Of a stretch of DNA of 64,000 nucleotides, positions 51,394 through 64,000 are shown in pieces. The stretch is taken from the NCBI RefSeq assembly GCF_006345805.1, contig NC_043001.1, positions 39,370,001 through 39,434,000 on the forward strand, given 5' to 3'. Both the position numbers and the translations under genes were made by a program. The notes beneath the pieces are model-generated. The model had not been told where the DNA came from. It made no database searches and worked only from the letters and a program-made list of their open reading frames with translations. How positions within the stretch are numbered: the first letter of the stretch is position 1; each line of letters begins with the position of its first letter. The DNA comes from Octopus sinensis. Taxonomy: Eukaryota.

Positions 51394-51527
51394 TATATAT
51401 ATATATCTATATATGCATATATATATATATATATATGTATGTGCATATGTATATATGTATGCATATATATATATGCATAATATATATATATATATATATA
51501 TATACACATGCATACATATATTTATGT

Positions 51528-51832
51528 GGAGGCACAATGGCCTAGTGGTTAGGGGAGTGGACTCGCACTTGTAGGATCATGGTTTCGATTCCCAGACTGG
51601 GCATTGTGAGTGTTTACTGAGCAAAAACACCTAAAGCTACATAAGGCTCCGGCAGTGGGTGGTGGCAAACCCTGCTGTACTCTTTCGCCACAAATTTCTC
51701 TCACTCTTTCTTCTGTTGGCCTGCTCGCTTAGCCAGTGGGGTGGCATCATTTTAAGGTTAAAACAATGTGAAGTGCATTGTGACCGGCAATGTGTAACAT
51801 CTGACACCCTGGTTGGTCATGGTGGTCACAGT
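51528..51832 (+). mobile_element. Second tRNA-derived SINE family (resembles octopus OR-type)
   Basis: A box TGGCCTAGTGG and B box GGTTTCGATTCC in a tRNA-like head, followed by a non-tRNA body. Confidence 0.75.
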
Positions 51833-51848
51833 GATATATACACATATA

Positions 51849-51892
<44 letters not shown>

Positions 51893-52035
51893 TATATATA
51901 TATACATGTATGAAGATTGTCGATCAAGACAAGAAACAATTGTAGTGGCGGTTTTTTTGACTATTTATTAAAATTTTATGTATTGATTAAGTCTTTCCTT
52001 GTTTGTTTTGCAAAATAGTGGTTTTGTCTCTAATA

Positions 52036-52081
<46 letters not shown>

Positions 52082-52087
52082 TATATA

Positions 52088-53989
52088 CTAGCATCGCTCG
52101 GGATTAAAATATCGTAGTTTGTATATAATACATTACAGTTGAAACAGGTGATATAGGAAAGTGCAGCATTGACAACAAAACATTTGTGGAGTAAATGATG
52201 TGCCAATTCAACTAAGCGACATGCTATGTGTCTGTCTGGAGTATTTCAGGCCCTAACCTCAGGGGTTATGGAATTTCTGAATGCACCAAGAAACTGTCAG
52301 TTGATATACTCTCTTTTGCAGCAGTCAGTGCTGTGTCTAACATGATCCATCATCTGAAATGTTGACACCCCCTTCGGATTTGGTGTCCTGCATCCCTCAT
52401 AAAGTAAATTTGGAACAACTGTGGTTGTTCATTTATGGGTAACAGGGAACCAATGAGGTGATAGACTTGCCCTTGAACTTTGACGGCATCGTAAATTCAT
52501 GGTTATCTATCTTTTTTAGATGCACCAAATGATGTCATTTGCAGAGTTGTGTTGTCTGATATTGTTCAGAAAATCCTTTGACTGGATGGAAATGCCTTCT
52601 AGAAGATCCATAAGAGGCTGAGAAGGAGCTGGTATTGCTGGCAATACCACCTGAGCAGCACATACCATTTGTTTCATTTGAAAATTTTAAAGCTCTACAG
52701 AAAAGACAATTTGAGTTTAGCACACCAATTTCGACAGAGTTATTATTTTTATAAGAATGGGATAGATCATATCTAAAAACAGCTTCAGGACTTGTGAAGA
52801 ATGAATTTGTACGTAGTCTGTTTCTGAGAGCTATTCTATTGGACCTCTGTCTAATCATTAACACATTGATTTAATGATCCGGCATTAAATGCTGCAACAT
52901 GCATTTGCTGATGTTGAAAAAATCTCATCTAGCTTCTCTCTTCAGACTCTTGCCTTCGATTTTATACTTATTTCTGGAGAGATTACGTCTTTTCTTTGGT
53001 GGCAAATTTTTCCCAATATTGTAAACAAAAAATTATGAACATAGTAAGAAATTATTCATAAATCCCTATTTTTGTAAGCAGCTGTATCCATAAAAATCTT
53101 ATTTCAAGAGAGTAGAAATTGAAAGAAGATAAGTGAAAAGAACAGAGAAAGAAAGTGAAAGATGTATGCACGTCTATATGAAATGGATGTGTGTGAGTGT
53201 GAGTGTGTGTGTGCGTGCGTGCATGCTTGTGCATCTGTATGTGAGAGAGTGAAAGCGGGTGGGAAATAGAGATAGAGTGAATGAGTGAAGGTGTGTGTCA
53301 TGATGATTAACGTCTTTTAAGGTACACACACATATAGAAAATGTGACGTAATAGTATAAAACTTTTACGATCATTGATTTATGGAAAAGATTATGTTAAA
53401 CTTTTGAAATGCAAATATGTGAATGAAAATTAAGTTTAATTTGTAGCCAAAATAGTGCTGAATCTTTTGATACCCCATACATCAAAATCTGTAACTTGGT
53501 TTTGGAAAGCATAAGGATTATATAAAATCAATGAGGCAGACCTTTACATGGTAGCTAGACCTGGTAGAAATAGCAGCCAAATCTCCCTCAAAACACCCTG
53601 CTGTCTTAATCCGATAATTCTGCCTATTATGTAGTTTTAATGAGAAACTGTAACTAAACATTAAGATTATTAACCCCAGAGAGAGAGGAAAGAAGAGAGA
53701 CAGCATAGTGACGGTTTGGGCTGACTGTCATCTTGTACTCCCCTTGTTACTTGCAAAATGGCATGAACCAGCTTTCTGAGCAACTGGTTGTCTTAATGGT
53801 GGAATAAACAGGACATAAAGATTACAAAATAGTGATTCTCACTTTGAAACTAACGATTTTGAAAATCTGTTTGGATTATGGATCACCCAGTTCTCTCATG
53901 TATCCATGTTTAAAATTTTATCGCAATTGGATGAACAATACTCGAGTTATGAGCACACAGACAGACAGAACAGATTTTATATATTAAGA
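52088..53989 (-). mobile_element. Helitron deletion derivative with both termini
   Basis: Minus strand starts A|TCTTAATATATAAAATC and ends CCCGAGCGATGCTAG|T (A-T target, TC 5' end, CTAG 3' end). Confidence 0.85.
52330..52864 (-). pseudogene. Helitron RepHel N-terminal fragment
   Basis: VFRYD..VEIG..CLFCRALKFSNETNGMCCSGG, then MTSFGA..KVQGQVYHLIGSLLP..LFQIYFM; frameshifted, with stops. Confidence 0.85.
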
Positions 53990-54060
53990 TGTATATATAT
54001 ATGCATATATATATATGTATGTATATATGCATATATATATATATATGTATATAGATATGC

Positions 54061-54133
<73 letters not shown>

Positions 54134-54369
54134 CATATCTGCATATATATATATATATATATATATCTCTGTATATATATATTGTTATATTTCGGAATGG
54201 TCATTTTGCCAGTTTAGCCAATAAAATCACATGCACTATATATTTGGTGCTACTTTGCTTCAGTGTTATTTATTTTTTACATTAATCTGTAAATGACCAT
54301 TCCGAAATATAACAATATCTGTTTCACCACACGACTTCACATAAAAAATCTTGCACAACAAATATATAA

Positions 54370-54443
<74 letters not shown>

Positions 54444-54498
54444 ATAAATATGTATGTGTATATATATATAAATTTATATATATGTGTGTGTGTGTATG

Positions 54499-54540
<42 letters not shown>
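53990..54540. repeat. (TA)n and (TG)n microsatellites
   Basis: Visible directly. Confidence 0.95.
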
Positions 54541-54541
<1 letters not shown>

Positions 54542-57500
54542 TTATGTTGTAGTAACACTTTGAAAATTGAACTAGGTCAATGTGTTACAAGCATTATAGG
54601 AAGGCTGAAAGAGTGTTAAAATGAGGTGGGTGAAGCTTCAGAATCAGAGTGTTAAAGTAGATGGCAAAACACCAAAATTTGACATGGAGTGGTTGAGGTA
54701 GGTGCAGAGGCAGTATCTTCAGATACTTATTCAACTGGATAACTTTATACATATCTGTGCATTTGTATTTGTGTATGAACAGAAATACACATATACGCAA
54801 GTTTACAGTTATGAACATGCACATATACACGCACACAACTATACAGACATATGCAGTAAATACATATTCTTCAAACAAAATGCTTTGCACTTCTGTCTCT
54901 CTCATTTTGACTTGAAATTGTGCTCCAGTCATGGATCACTATCCATATCCAATCTACTGTTGGCTTTCCACTTCTCTCACACACATGCATACCCTAGGAT
55001 GCATAAATACACATACATACACACATGAATATACTAACCAAAATACCCAGTGAAATCTCAGTGGATTATAATGTTAATTTATGTGAATTTTCTGAAATCT
55101 TCTCCTCACTGCATCAGAAAACATTTTCCCGACTTATTTCTTTATAGTTACAATCTATGCCATTTAAGCGGTATTTCTATAAAATTTCATCAATACATAT
55201 AAATTTTTCTGAAAGTTATGAGGGAAAAATCAAATCTTGTGAATTTTCCAAAAGCCCTCTCCATACCAACCCTCATTTACACAAATTTTTATATTCATAT
55301 TCATTTTCAACACATTATTTTACACCTATTAGACTGGTTTTCTTTTTTGTTTTAGTGAGCAGGAGTTAAACTATATATCAACTATTTTCTCTATTAGGAA
55401 AAGCATGAACCAAGCAAGACACTTAAATTTAAAATATTTTTTTATAACAGTTCTGTCTTTCCTGTTTATCTTGAGACATAACATTTTTCTCTTTTTTTCT
55501 GCATTTTTTTTGTATGCTTGAGATGGATGATGTGAAAATTTGGTGAATGAAATGATATCAGTTGCATGCATAATCTTTCTCACATCAATCTTTAATACAA
55601 AATTTTTATTTTCACATTTTCCATGCAACAATTGTACTATTTAAAAACAATGACTGCATTTTTGAGGTAATTAACATATAACCTACAATGGTGCTAAGAA
55701 AAATAACTGAGCTGTTGTATTTTTATAGTAAAACCAAATATCTTTTTTTTTTAACCTTTCTGTTTCTTGTCACTTACTTTTGCGAATACTGACATAATTT
55801 CAATTCCATTCAAAATTAGTTTTTAACACACAAACACACACACATACATACAGACACAGCTCTGGTTATGCCCAAACCTTTTCCATGAATGTCCTTTCCC
55901 CAGTCCTCCATAATGCTGGGAATGAGAAATGTCACTCCTGTGCCATGCTTCCACCTCTCTTGAGTCAAACTCATTGCATCTCAAAATCTCTGCACCTGTG
56001 GCACTGCTTGAGCTGCTTAACCTCCAGAGGGGTGTATCCCTTTCAATACTAAAGGCAGACAGACATGTGCAACATGAGGGTGACTTGAACTTGCTCTGTC
56101 TGGACGAAGTCTTAGCATCGATCTCCCATCTCAGGCAGTTACAGAGAATCACCATTAGCATCCACAAGCCTACTTGTGTACAAACTGTAAGTTTGGTTTC
56201 TTTTACATCTATGTATTCTAACAATTTAGATTTGGATGTTCTTGTATCTTAGGAAAGAGTAAAATAAAATTCTATTGAAATTGTTAACAGAAAAGATAGC
56301 CTCACAATCACCAAGAAGTAAAAAATAACTGGTGTATATATATTTTGAGTATTCAAAAGAAAACTGACCCTGGATTCAAAAGCGCTGAAATGATAACTTT
56401 TAAAACTTGATAACATCAAGGACTATAATTCTGAAATTATGTAAATATATATATGTGACAGAATGAAACCTGAATACATTGATCCAAGTGAAGTAAACTG
56501 ATAGAAAGTATATAAAGAACTTATGTAAAGTGAACATCACAAACTTTGATCATGAAGTTGTAAATGGTTTCAAGAATATGTTTAATGTAGAAAAAAAAAC
56601 AATCATAATTGCAGCTCATTTGTCAAAGATTGTTGTGAATTCAAATTCTTAAAATTTTTTCAAGAGACTGTTCCAAAATATGTTTCAAAAATCAATGATA
56701 TTCATAACCATGTTGCTAAATATCCATTCTGTATTTAGATGATGATGACTCATATAAGAGGAAATAAATACAGAAATTTAACTGGGTTTACTTTATAGAT
56801 GCAAATGTTTACTTATAGGTAGACATTTATAAAGATTGAAGATAAATTGAGAATTTGTCAATGCATTAAATACAAAAATAAGACAGAGATCAATAATGTT
56901 ATGGTAGTATCAGATATTTAGTCCAAATCTGTAGAACTTGCAAGAAGAGTCCATGAAATGATGACAATGAGACTGACATGGACCATCACTAGTAATCTGA
57001 AAAATAAAATAATAAAAATGTACATGGGATGTTACCATGAGATCCTGATCTCTTAAAGAGTTATTTGATGCTTGTTGTTAGTGAAAAATGATTACATGCT
57101 TTGCATAAAAATAATTAAATATTAAACAACTAGCTGGCCCCGTGCCATCAAAAATGCTGACTAATTGTAGCATTTATATATAAATACAGATGGTAAATCA
57201 AATTAATACACTTGTCAATGTAATCCAGTGGTTGTCTTTTGATATGTGACATTGATCATCGTTTGTTACTGAAAGAATGCTGGTTCACACATACATTCAC
57301 ATACTTCACTTGTACGTGTACACACACACATATACTCACATACACACATACACACATACATATACACACACGAACATTCACATATCTCCCTTTTACATAC
57401 ACATATACTCACACAGAGTTAAAATGCTCTCACTACCAGTTTGTCATCACCCCTTCCTTTCTCATTCATATGTTGTGACAGAGAAAACCACAAGAGTATT

Positions 57501-58299
57501 ATTATAGAAGACACTTGCTTAAATACTAGAATGACTGGAATTTTAAAATTAGGTGTACAAACAAAATTCTTCTTAAGGAAAGAAAATATGAATTATGATC
57601 TCAGAAATTATATTAAAAGATGTAAAAATTACCGTAAGTTACAATAAAGAAAATATGGATTCGTTAGAGCAATAAGTTCTAAAGTTTTAATGACTTTTTA
57701 CACAAGAGATTTTTACACAAAAAGGGAGACTGTTACATATTTTCAGTTTCCATTTTATTTGCTATTTCTATACATTTGGTATAAAATCATAGCCTAAAAT
57801 TGAATACTCACTACCAAATAGTGACTAGTAAATGAAAAGTGGATGGTTAGCAAATGACATTGTCCTCAACTGTTATGAATATCTCACATTCAATCCAATT
57901 TATAGTGACTGTCGTATCACCGTCATGTTACAAGTGATATTTTATTACATTCCAAGTGATAGCTGATTCACACATGCATACAAGCACCTTGTAGATTTTT
58001 ATATAGAGCCTATTTGGGTATCATAAATTAATTATAGATGCAAACAAAAGAGATATATGAAAATGAAGAGACGATTAGAATTGAACCTCTCCCTCATGAT
58101 TTCATGGTGCATTAACTATTATAATACAGCTGGTAATTCAAATTCAACAGTGAAATAAGCCAATTCATAGCTAAATTTCTAAATATCCTATTTGAATCCA
58201 TGCTTAGTTCATACTCACATGGGAACTTAACTGTTATGATCACCAACTTTATTTATTATTTCTTTCATCCAGTTTACTAGGGTCATGTAAGTAAAATAC

Positions 58300-58337
<38 letters not shown>

Positions 58338-59329
58338 CCTCTAACAATAAGTTCAACATTTAACTAAAACATGGGGATACATCAATGATTGAAGATAGGA
58401 CATGTTTCATTATTTTATACCAAGTGTTGGTGCAGATATTTAGTAAGAATATTCTACATATAGCGTAATGGTTAATGCCTTATTCATTAACCGCTATGTC
58501 ATTGCTTTAATACAACTGTCAAATAAACTACTTTGAATCTACATTGAGAAATAATCTTTTAAAATCCTAATATAGTTGCCTATTGTTTAGGAAGGGTTGT
58601 TCACAACTTTTATTTCCATAACATGTTTTTTAAATGATTTCAGATTATCCAATTAAAGATACTAATCTTTGAATCAAGGAACAGAAAAATAGTGATTATA
58701 AAATTTGTAAGCATTTCCCATCAAAGCAATACACAACTATTCTTAGATTTATGAAGATTATTTCAAGGTATTGATATGAAGAGTGGATTTACACTACAAA
58801 AATAGTCATAGTATATCAAACAGTGTTAGATATTATAGAATTTGGTGAACACAGGAGGAAGTTGAGAAGGCAAGGCAGTTCCCATGACATAAAGCCTCTT
58901 GAAAATTGTGGGAAAGAGGAAGGTATCTTCAAACCAGAGAATGCCAGCAACTGAGCAGACTCCACTAAAAGCATCCAAGTTGCAGGTGGTAGTTAACAAA
59001 AACAAGCAGTAAAAGGCATCAGGTACAACCTTTTCGTAGCTCTGCTTACCCCCCAGCCTGGATTTGTGCTTTGATTATCAACCATGAAAGGATGAAAAGC
59101 CAAATTGACCACTGCAGGATCTGAGAATATTGAAGTCTTCAAGGATGATGACAAAGAGGAAAGAGTTGAAATATATGTTTTCAATGCAGGAAAAGCTATG
59201 GTGAAAGAATTACTGGTATTTTAAGGAGCTTGGCGCATGATAGGGGGAACAGACATATATGTAGAAATCAGGGAAGAAAACTTGAAAAGTTGGATTGCAG
59301 AAATGAAGATGAAAGAGGTGAGATATTGG

Positions 59330-59960
59330 GAGAGCAGCATCTGTATATGTACTAGCACTACTATGTTTTGTAATGAAATTTGAGAAGAGGAGGTGGTCAA
59401 GCATGACCTTTGAGCGTTGGGCCTTACACAGGCAATGATGAAAGACTGAGACCTCTGGAGATATGCTGTGACTGAGAAGACCTGACAAATGAAACGAGTT
59501 CATGGCTTGCAGGATGGTCAGCTGTGCTTACCTTGGATTGCAGGGCAACCTGCTGTGCTTGAGGAGACCTATTGAGTCAAGTACATCAACATCAAAATAA
59601 AAATCAAATGGAAATTGTATTTGTGATACCCATGCTGGTGGCATGTAAAAAACACCATCCGAACATGGCCAATGCCAGCGCCGCCTTTACTGATATCCAT
59701 GCCGGTGGCACGTAAAAAACACCAAGCATCAACCGATCATGGATGTTGCTAGCTTCCTCTGGCCTCTGTGCCGGTGGCATGAAAAAGCACCCATTACACT
59801 CATGGAGTGGTTGGCGTTAGGAAGAGCATCCAGCTGTAGAAACACTGCCAGATCAGACTGGAACCTGGTGCAGCCTCCTGGCTTCCCAGACCCCGGTCGA
59901 ACTGTCCAACCCATGCTAGCATGGAAAACAGACGTTAAACGATGATGATGATGATGATGA
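59330..59960 (+). mobile_element. RTE 3' end followed by RTE-tail element with (GAT)n
   Basis: GGTCAAGCATGACCTT..CTGAGAAGACC, then the GTGCCGGTGGCATG..CCCATGCTAGCATGGAAAACAGACGTTAAACGATGATG tail. Confidence 0.7.
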
Positions 59961-60356
59961 ATGTAATCTGGACAATGGAGTTGGGTCATGGATAGGTGTT
60001 AAAAAATTTACATCATAGTGAGAAATAAGATGTGTACAAGAGGTGATATATGGAATCTAGGTGGGAGAAAAAACTTTGGATGTTTGAAAAGAGGAGGGAG
60101 GTTTGATCAAGAGATTTGGATCTAATTTTTGGTATTGAAGGAAGTGTAGAGGGTCTGGTTTAAACGCTTGCAACAGTATGAATTCCACTCAAGACAACCA
60201 ATGGGTGGATGATGACATTAAACTGTGCAGCATGGTATACCTACTCACCATCCCACCCCAAAAGAAGTGATCCACCTTTTATGATCAACAAAAGATGATG
60301 AGGATGAACAAAAGAATATGGAAAATAAAACTGTGAGATGGTAGTAGTGGTGGTGG

Positions 60357-60357
60357 G

Positions 60358-60446
<89 letters not shown>

Positions 60447-60460
60447 TGTAGTAGTAGTGT
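60357..60460. repeat. (TAG)n microsatellite
   Basis: Visible directly. Confidence 0.98.
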
Positions 60461-60479
60461 TACCAACAGAATAGATGTG

Positions 60480-61560
60480 GATGACACAAATCCTCCTTTC
60501 ATATGCAGATCCTATCATGTAGCCCTTAAAAGGCTGACAAAAGGTTCACTTCCAGGATGAAAAGATTTACAGATAAGCCGTCACCCTGAAATATTCTTGT
60601 TGATAATGTAATTTTGTTAGTGACTATAGTGGTAGTTCCATTTCTTATTCATAGCTTTAGTGGACTATGTTGTTGTCAGTCCCTTAATAGCAATGAATAT
60701 ATCATTTGGAACCTCAGCAAAATGTAATGATTCTCTTATCCATGAGTGAGGAATGGAATCAAAACAACTTCTTATAGCCTAGTCATACAGTCAGCAAGTT
60801 TTAGCAATGTTGTTTTGTTACCTTAAAGAAGGTTAACAAGAAACTGTTTATCCCAACACAAGACTTCTTTCTTTTCATCCTGCCTACTCTTCAGTCACAA
60901 CACATTATTTGTTTTACAGTGATCCTGGAGGAATGCATTCAAGATAAATATATATAATGTATATATAACATTCAAGTATGTTATGATCCTTTAGTTTTTG
61001 GTCATATGATTCTCATCTTCAGCCACTAGCATTGTATGTGCAACTGTCTGCCAATATAGCACGTTAATCTCAGTGATCATTGTATCTTTGAATAATTTAT
61101 CAAGGTTGCTCTGTAGAACATGTGCTTTCTGTACCAATAACTATCAGCTCTCACCCATGTGATTTTTCTGGTTTGGTAGTTTTGCAGCAACTGTCAGGAG
61201 AGTTTACTGTATGATTCTGATGTGGGGATGAGAAATTTTTCTTGGTGATGGTTGCTTATTGTCATAGTTGTTTGGCACTGAAGTTTGGATAGTTGGGGTA
61301 TTTTAGATCAGTGAAAAATATTTGAAGAATGTTGAACTTACATTAAGTTTAAAAATTTGTGAGTGAAAAGATGTGTAACAGATTTTTCTCTTGAGATGTG
61401 TGGTGATGTGTTTTGGTGACCTTTAACAAGATTAATTGCAAGATGTTTTGCAGGTTTCCATTTCTGAAGAACATGCAAGCCTTGTATAGAAGTTGAAGAC
61501 ATATGTGAATGCTTAGTGGTTAAAGAATTCCTAGTTGAATGTTTCCATTTTGTAAGTTAG
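60480..61560 (-). mobile_element. R4/Dong-like RT fragment
   Basis: Minus strand CFDSIPHSWIRESL and RIFQGDGLSVNLFIL (RT motifs AFDS and GIFQGD); upstream boundary approximate. Confidence 0.75.
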
Positions 61561-61796
61561 TTTAGAAACTTGGAAAGAATTTGCAGTTTAACAGAGACAG
61601 GAAACAACCAAAACAAATAGTTTTTATGTTTTTGCTTTTAGAATTTAACTAATAACAAGTAAGAAACTTAATAAGAATTTACCATATTTCCCGGCGTCAA
61701 AGACACTTCATCTTTGAGAATTTTGACAGCCAAAAATTTGAAAAAAAAAAACATAAATATAAGGTCCTGACACTTTGAGTTTTGTTACTTTTACAG

Positions 61797-62028
61797 ATGC
61801 AATGAAAAAACAAAACTCCACTGTAATCTCCAGCACAGCACTTAAAATGTTCCTAGCATTTATTTTGGCTGGTCATCTAACACTTTTTTGCCCTATCCCT
61901 TATGTTGGCTTAACTGTGACTGTCTCCCATTGTGACCCCACACTCACGTCTGTAAAACTAACAAAAGGCAGCTCTCACCTACCTTACCAATTTATTTTGT
62001 GGGACCATCAGTACAGAGATATGGTATG
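61797..62028 (+). CDS. Candidate host exon with a hydrophobic N-terminal segment, unidentified
   Basis: Acceptor TTTGTTACTTTTACAG and donor ATG|GTAAGT; only one open frame (DAMKKQNSTVISSTALKMFLAFILAGHLTLFCPIPYVGLTVTVSHCDP..); no homology recognised. Confidence 0.3.
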
Positions 62029-62091
62029 GTAAGTTTGCTCTTAAAGTTTACACCTACTGTTATGACCCACTGTAATATTAAAACTACATGA

Positions 62092-62354
62092 CAGGGGTGG
62101 ATTCAGAGGGAAGGGATAGGGGGAATGCACCTTCCCCCACCAATCAAGAAAGTTTTCAAATTTGAATGTTCTGTTTAAATATGTACGATGGAAAGCATAT
62201 TTTTGTACCAGCAATAAATAGCCCTTGAATGGTTCAGTATAAAAATGAATTTTTTCAGTATCTCTGAACATATTACACTTTCATTTCATTAACCAATTGC
62301 AATGAATCAGACCTGAGACCCATCCCCCACCAGAAATTTCTGAATCCACACCTG
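62092..62354. mobile_element. MITE with 15-bp TIR
   Basis: CAGGGGTGGATTCAG and CTGAATCCACACCTG (1 mismatch); TSD not clear. Confidence 0.7.
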
Positions 62355-62798
62355 CACTACGATATTCCAGTTCAACTATTCACTGTTCAGCCCAGCACTG
62401 ATATTTATCTCCATGTGTTTCATCAGTGTCTCAATTCATGCAAGTGGATGGGGCTACAGCTGGTGTAGTATTTTAAGAGTTTGGTAGCATTGCATGTACA
62501 CTTATACAGTACTTCATTTTTGTCCCAGACAAAGGGAAAACTAAACTTCACAATAAGAAAATTGTGAGTAATATGGAATAGAAGTACCAAATAGAACAAA
62601 ATAAAAACAGAACAAAGATTAAAATCTGCACAGTTGAAATATTACAAATGAGAAAACATATTTTAATCTTCAAATCCTAAAAATATTTCATGTTATTACC
62701 TTTTGTATAAATTTCACATGGACATGACAAAACAAAAGTTACAACTAAATTGCAATGGAAAAAGATTAAAAAGTGTGCAAATATTAAATGTACGAATA

Positions 62799-63470
62799 CA
62801 GGCATACCTCGGCTTAAGTCGTTTTGATTTAAGTCTTTCTCGAATATACATCGGTTTTCAAAAATAATATATGGGAAAATAAAAATCAAAGCTTTTGCTC
62901 CCTATAATGTAATCTTTGACAAAACGAAGACAGTTCAAGGAACTCTCATCCAGTTTTTTTAGTGCATCAAACAAGAACAGCTAGAGTCAGCTGTTGATGT
63001 TGATGATCCACAATCATCTACAACCATGATGTATGTATGTATTGGTAAATTTAAAATAATTTAGTTTTTTCCACTATTGCAAAATAGTAATATTTACTGA
63101 ATTTGTTTTTGAGCATAAAAAAGGCTTTTAGTTTACCTTGTCTTATTGCAAACCACATTCATAAATAAAGCATCTGCAATGTATGGTAAACACTGCCAAA
63201 TTGTATTGTAAATTTAGATTACTTTTTTTTACTGTACTGTATTAAAAAATAAAAATTATTTGTTTGTAAGCTTAAAATAGGATTTTATTAACCATGTATT
63301 TATTGAAAATGTATTCATAAATAAAGTACAGAACTGGGAATAGTTATTATCGGTTTAGCCAAGAGACAAGTAAATTTGGCCTGGCCTAGCCTAGAAAAAA
63401 CTAATTCGACTTAAGTCATTTTTCAACTTAAATCATGTCTCCTGGAACCAATTAACAACGTAGAGGGAGG
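62799..63470. mobile_element. Tigger/pogo-like non-autonomous element
   Basis: TA|CAGGCATACCTCGGCTTAAGTCG at the left; CGACTTAAGTC..GAACCAATTAAC..GAGGTAT at the degraded right end. Confidence 0.55.
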
Positions 63471-63489
63471 TATAAGGAAAATATTTCAC

Positions 63490-64000
63490 TCTTCAAATCC
63501 TGAAAACTGACTGCAGTCATCCATAACCCCAAAACCAAAAAATCATCAAGGTCATCAATACTGTCCAAAGTGTCAATCTTCAAGCAGAATGTCATCTTCT
63601 GTGCCATCTCATGCATTACTGATGTCACATTTAAAAAAAATTTTACAACTGCTTCAATATCCACAGCGTTCCATGATTTCAGGACCTACTCACACACTTG
63701 AGAAATTGTTGGCCTTTTCAACTGACCTGTTGGTGTTAGGTCATGATCATTGGCTCTCATCCACTGATTCTTCTCTTCTTTCATAAATGCCTTAAAAAGT
63801 TGTTGATTGATATATCCAGTGGTTATAATTGGTTTGTTAAACCACCAGGGATCACTGCCATTTTTGCTTTCAAATTCTACACCCTTTCTTTAATAGCCTT
63901 TGTTTTGTGGAGATGAAACTGGTCCCACACAAGAAGGGAAGGTTTTTTTTAAGGAGGCCATCGGAACGCTTTGACCAGAACTTATATAGCCATAACTTCA
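63490..64000 (-). pseudogene. pogo-family DDE transposase pseudogene, continuing beyond the window
   Basis: LLVWDQFHLH, AVIPGGLT..L*PLDISIN, TPTGQLKRP, CDISNA*DGTEDDIL. Confidence 0.88.

Noticed and set aside
51528-51605. tRNA gene
   Set aside because: A and B boxes are present but there is no clean cloverleaf, and it continues into a SINE body.
61682-64000. One continuous pogo element from the TIR-like TACCATATTTCCCGGCG at ~61682 to the transposase at 63490-64000
   Set aside because: Plausible, but the intervening sequence cannot be linked by eye and includes a candidate exon; left unmerged.

Overview
Eukaryotic, AT-rich, microsatellite-dense DNA made almost entirely of transposable-element debris. 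The SINE families and an 18S with long GC-rich expansion segments point to an octopus or other coleoid cephalopod; this is inference from family resemblance, not a database result. I cannot identify any host protein-coding gene, only weak candidate exons. The main structured feature is an isolated, decayed rDNA block at about 8815-15064: 28S 3' end, spacer, a 28S piece ending just upstream of the R2 target site, an internally deleted three-zinc-finger R2 retrotransposon, a second spacer copy and an expanded 18S pseudogene. Other notable elements: a young RTE/BovB-like LINE whose endonuclease is removed by an in-frame deletion while the RT stays open (17432-19261); four minimal hammerhead-ribozyme motifs in two Penelope-like repeat families, one pair showing a compensatory base change; a 1176-bp tandem duplication with a hybrid SINE at its junction; an older ~80%-identity duplication; five long inverted repeats; and remnants of mariner (DD34D), maT (DD37D), Chapaev3-like, piggyBac-like, pogo, Helitron/Helentron and R4/Dong elements. 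Most ORF-track entries are microsatellite or antisense artefacts. All identities and alignments were judged by eye, so boundaries are approximate.
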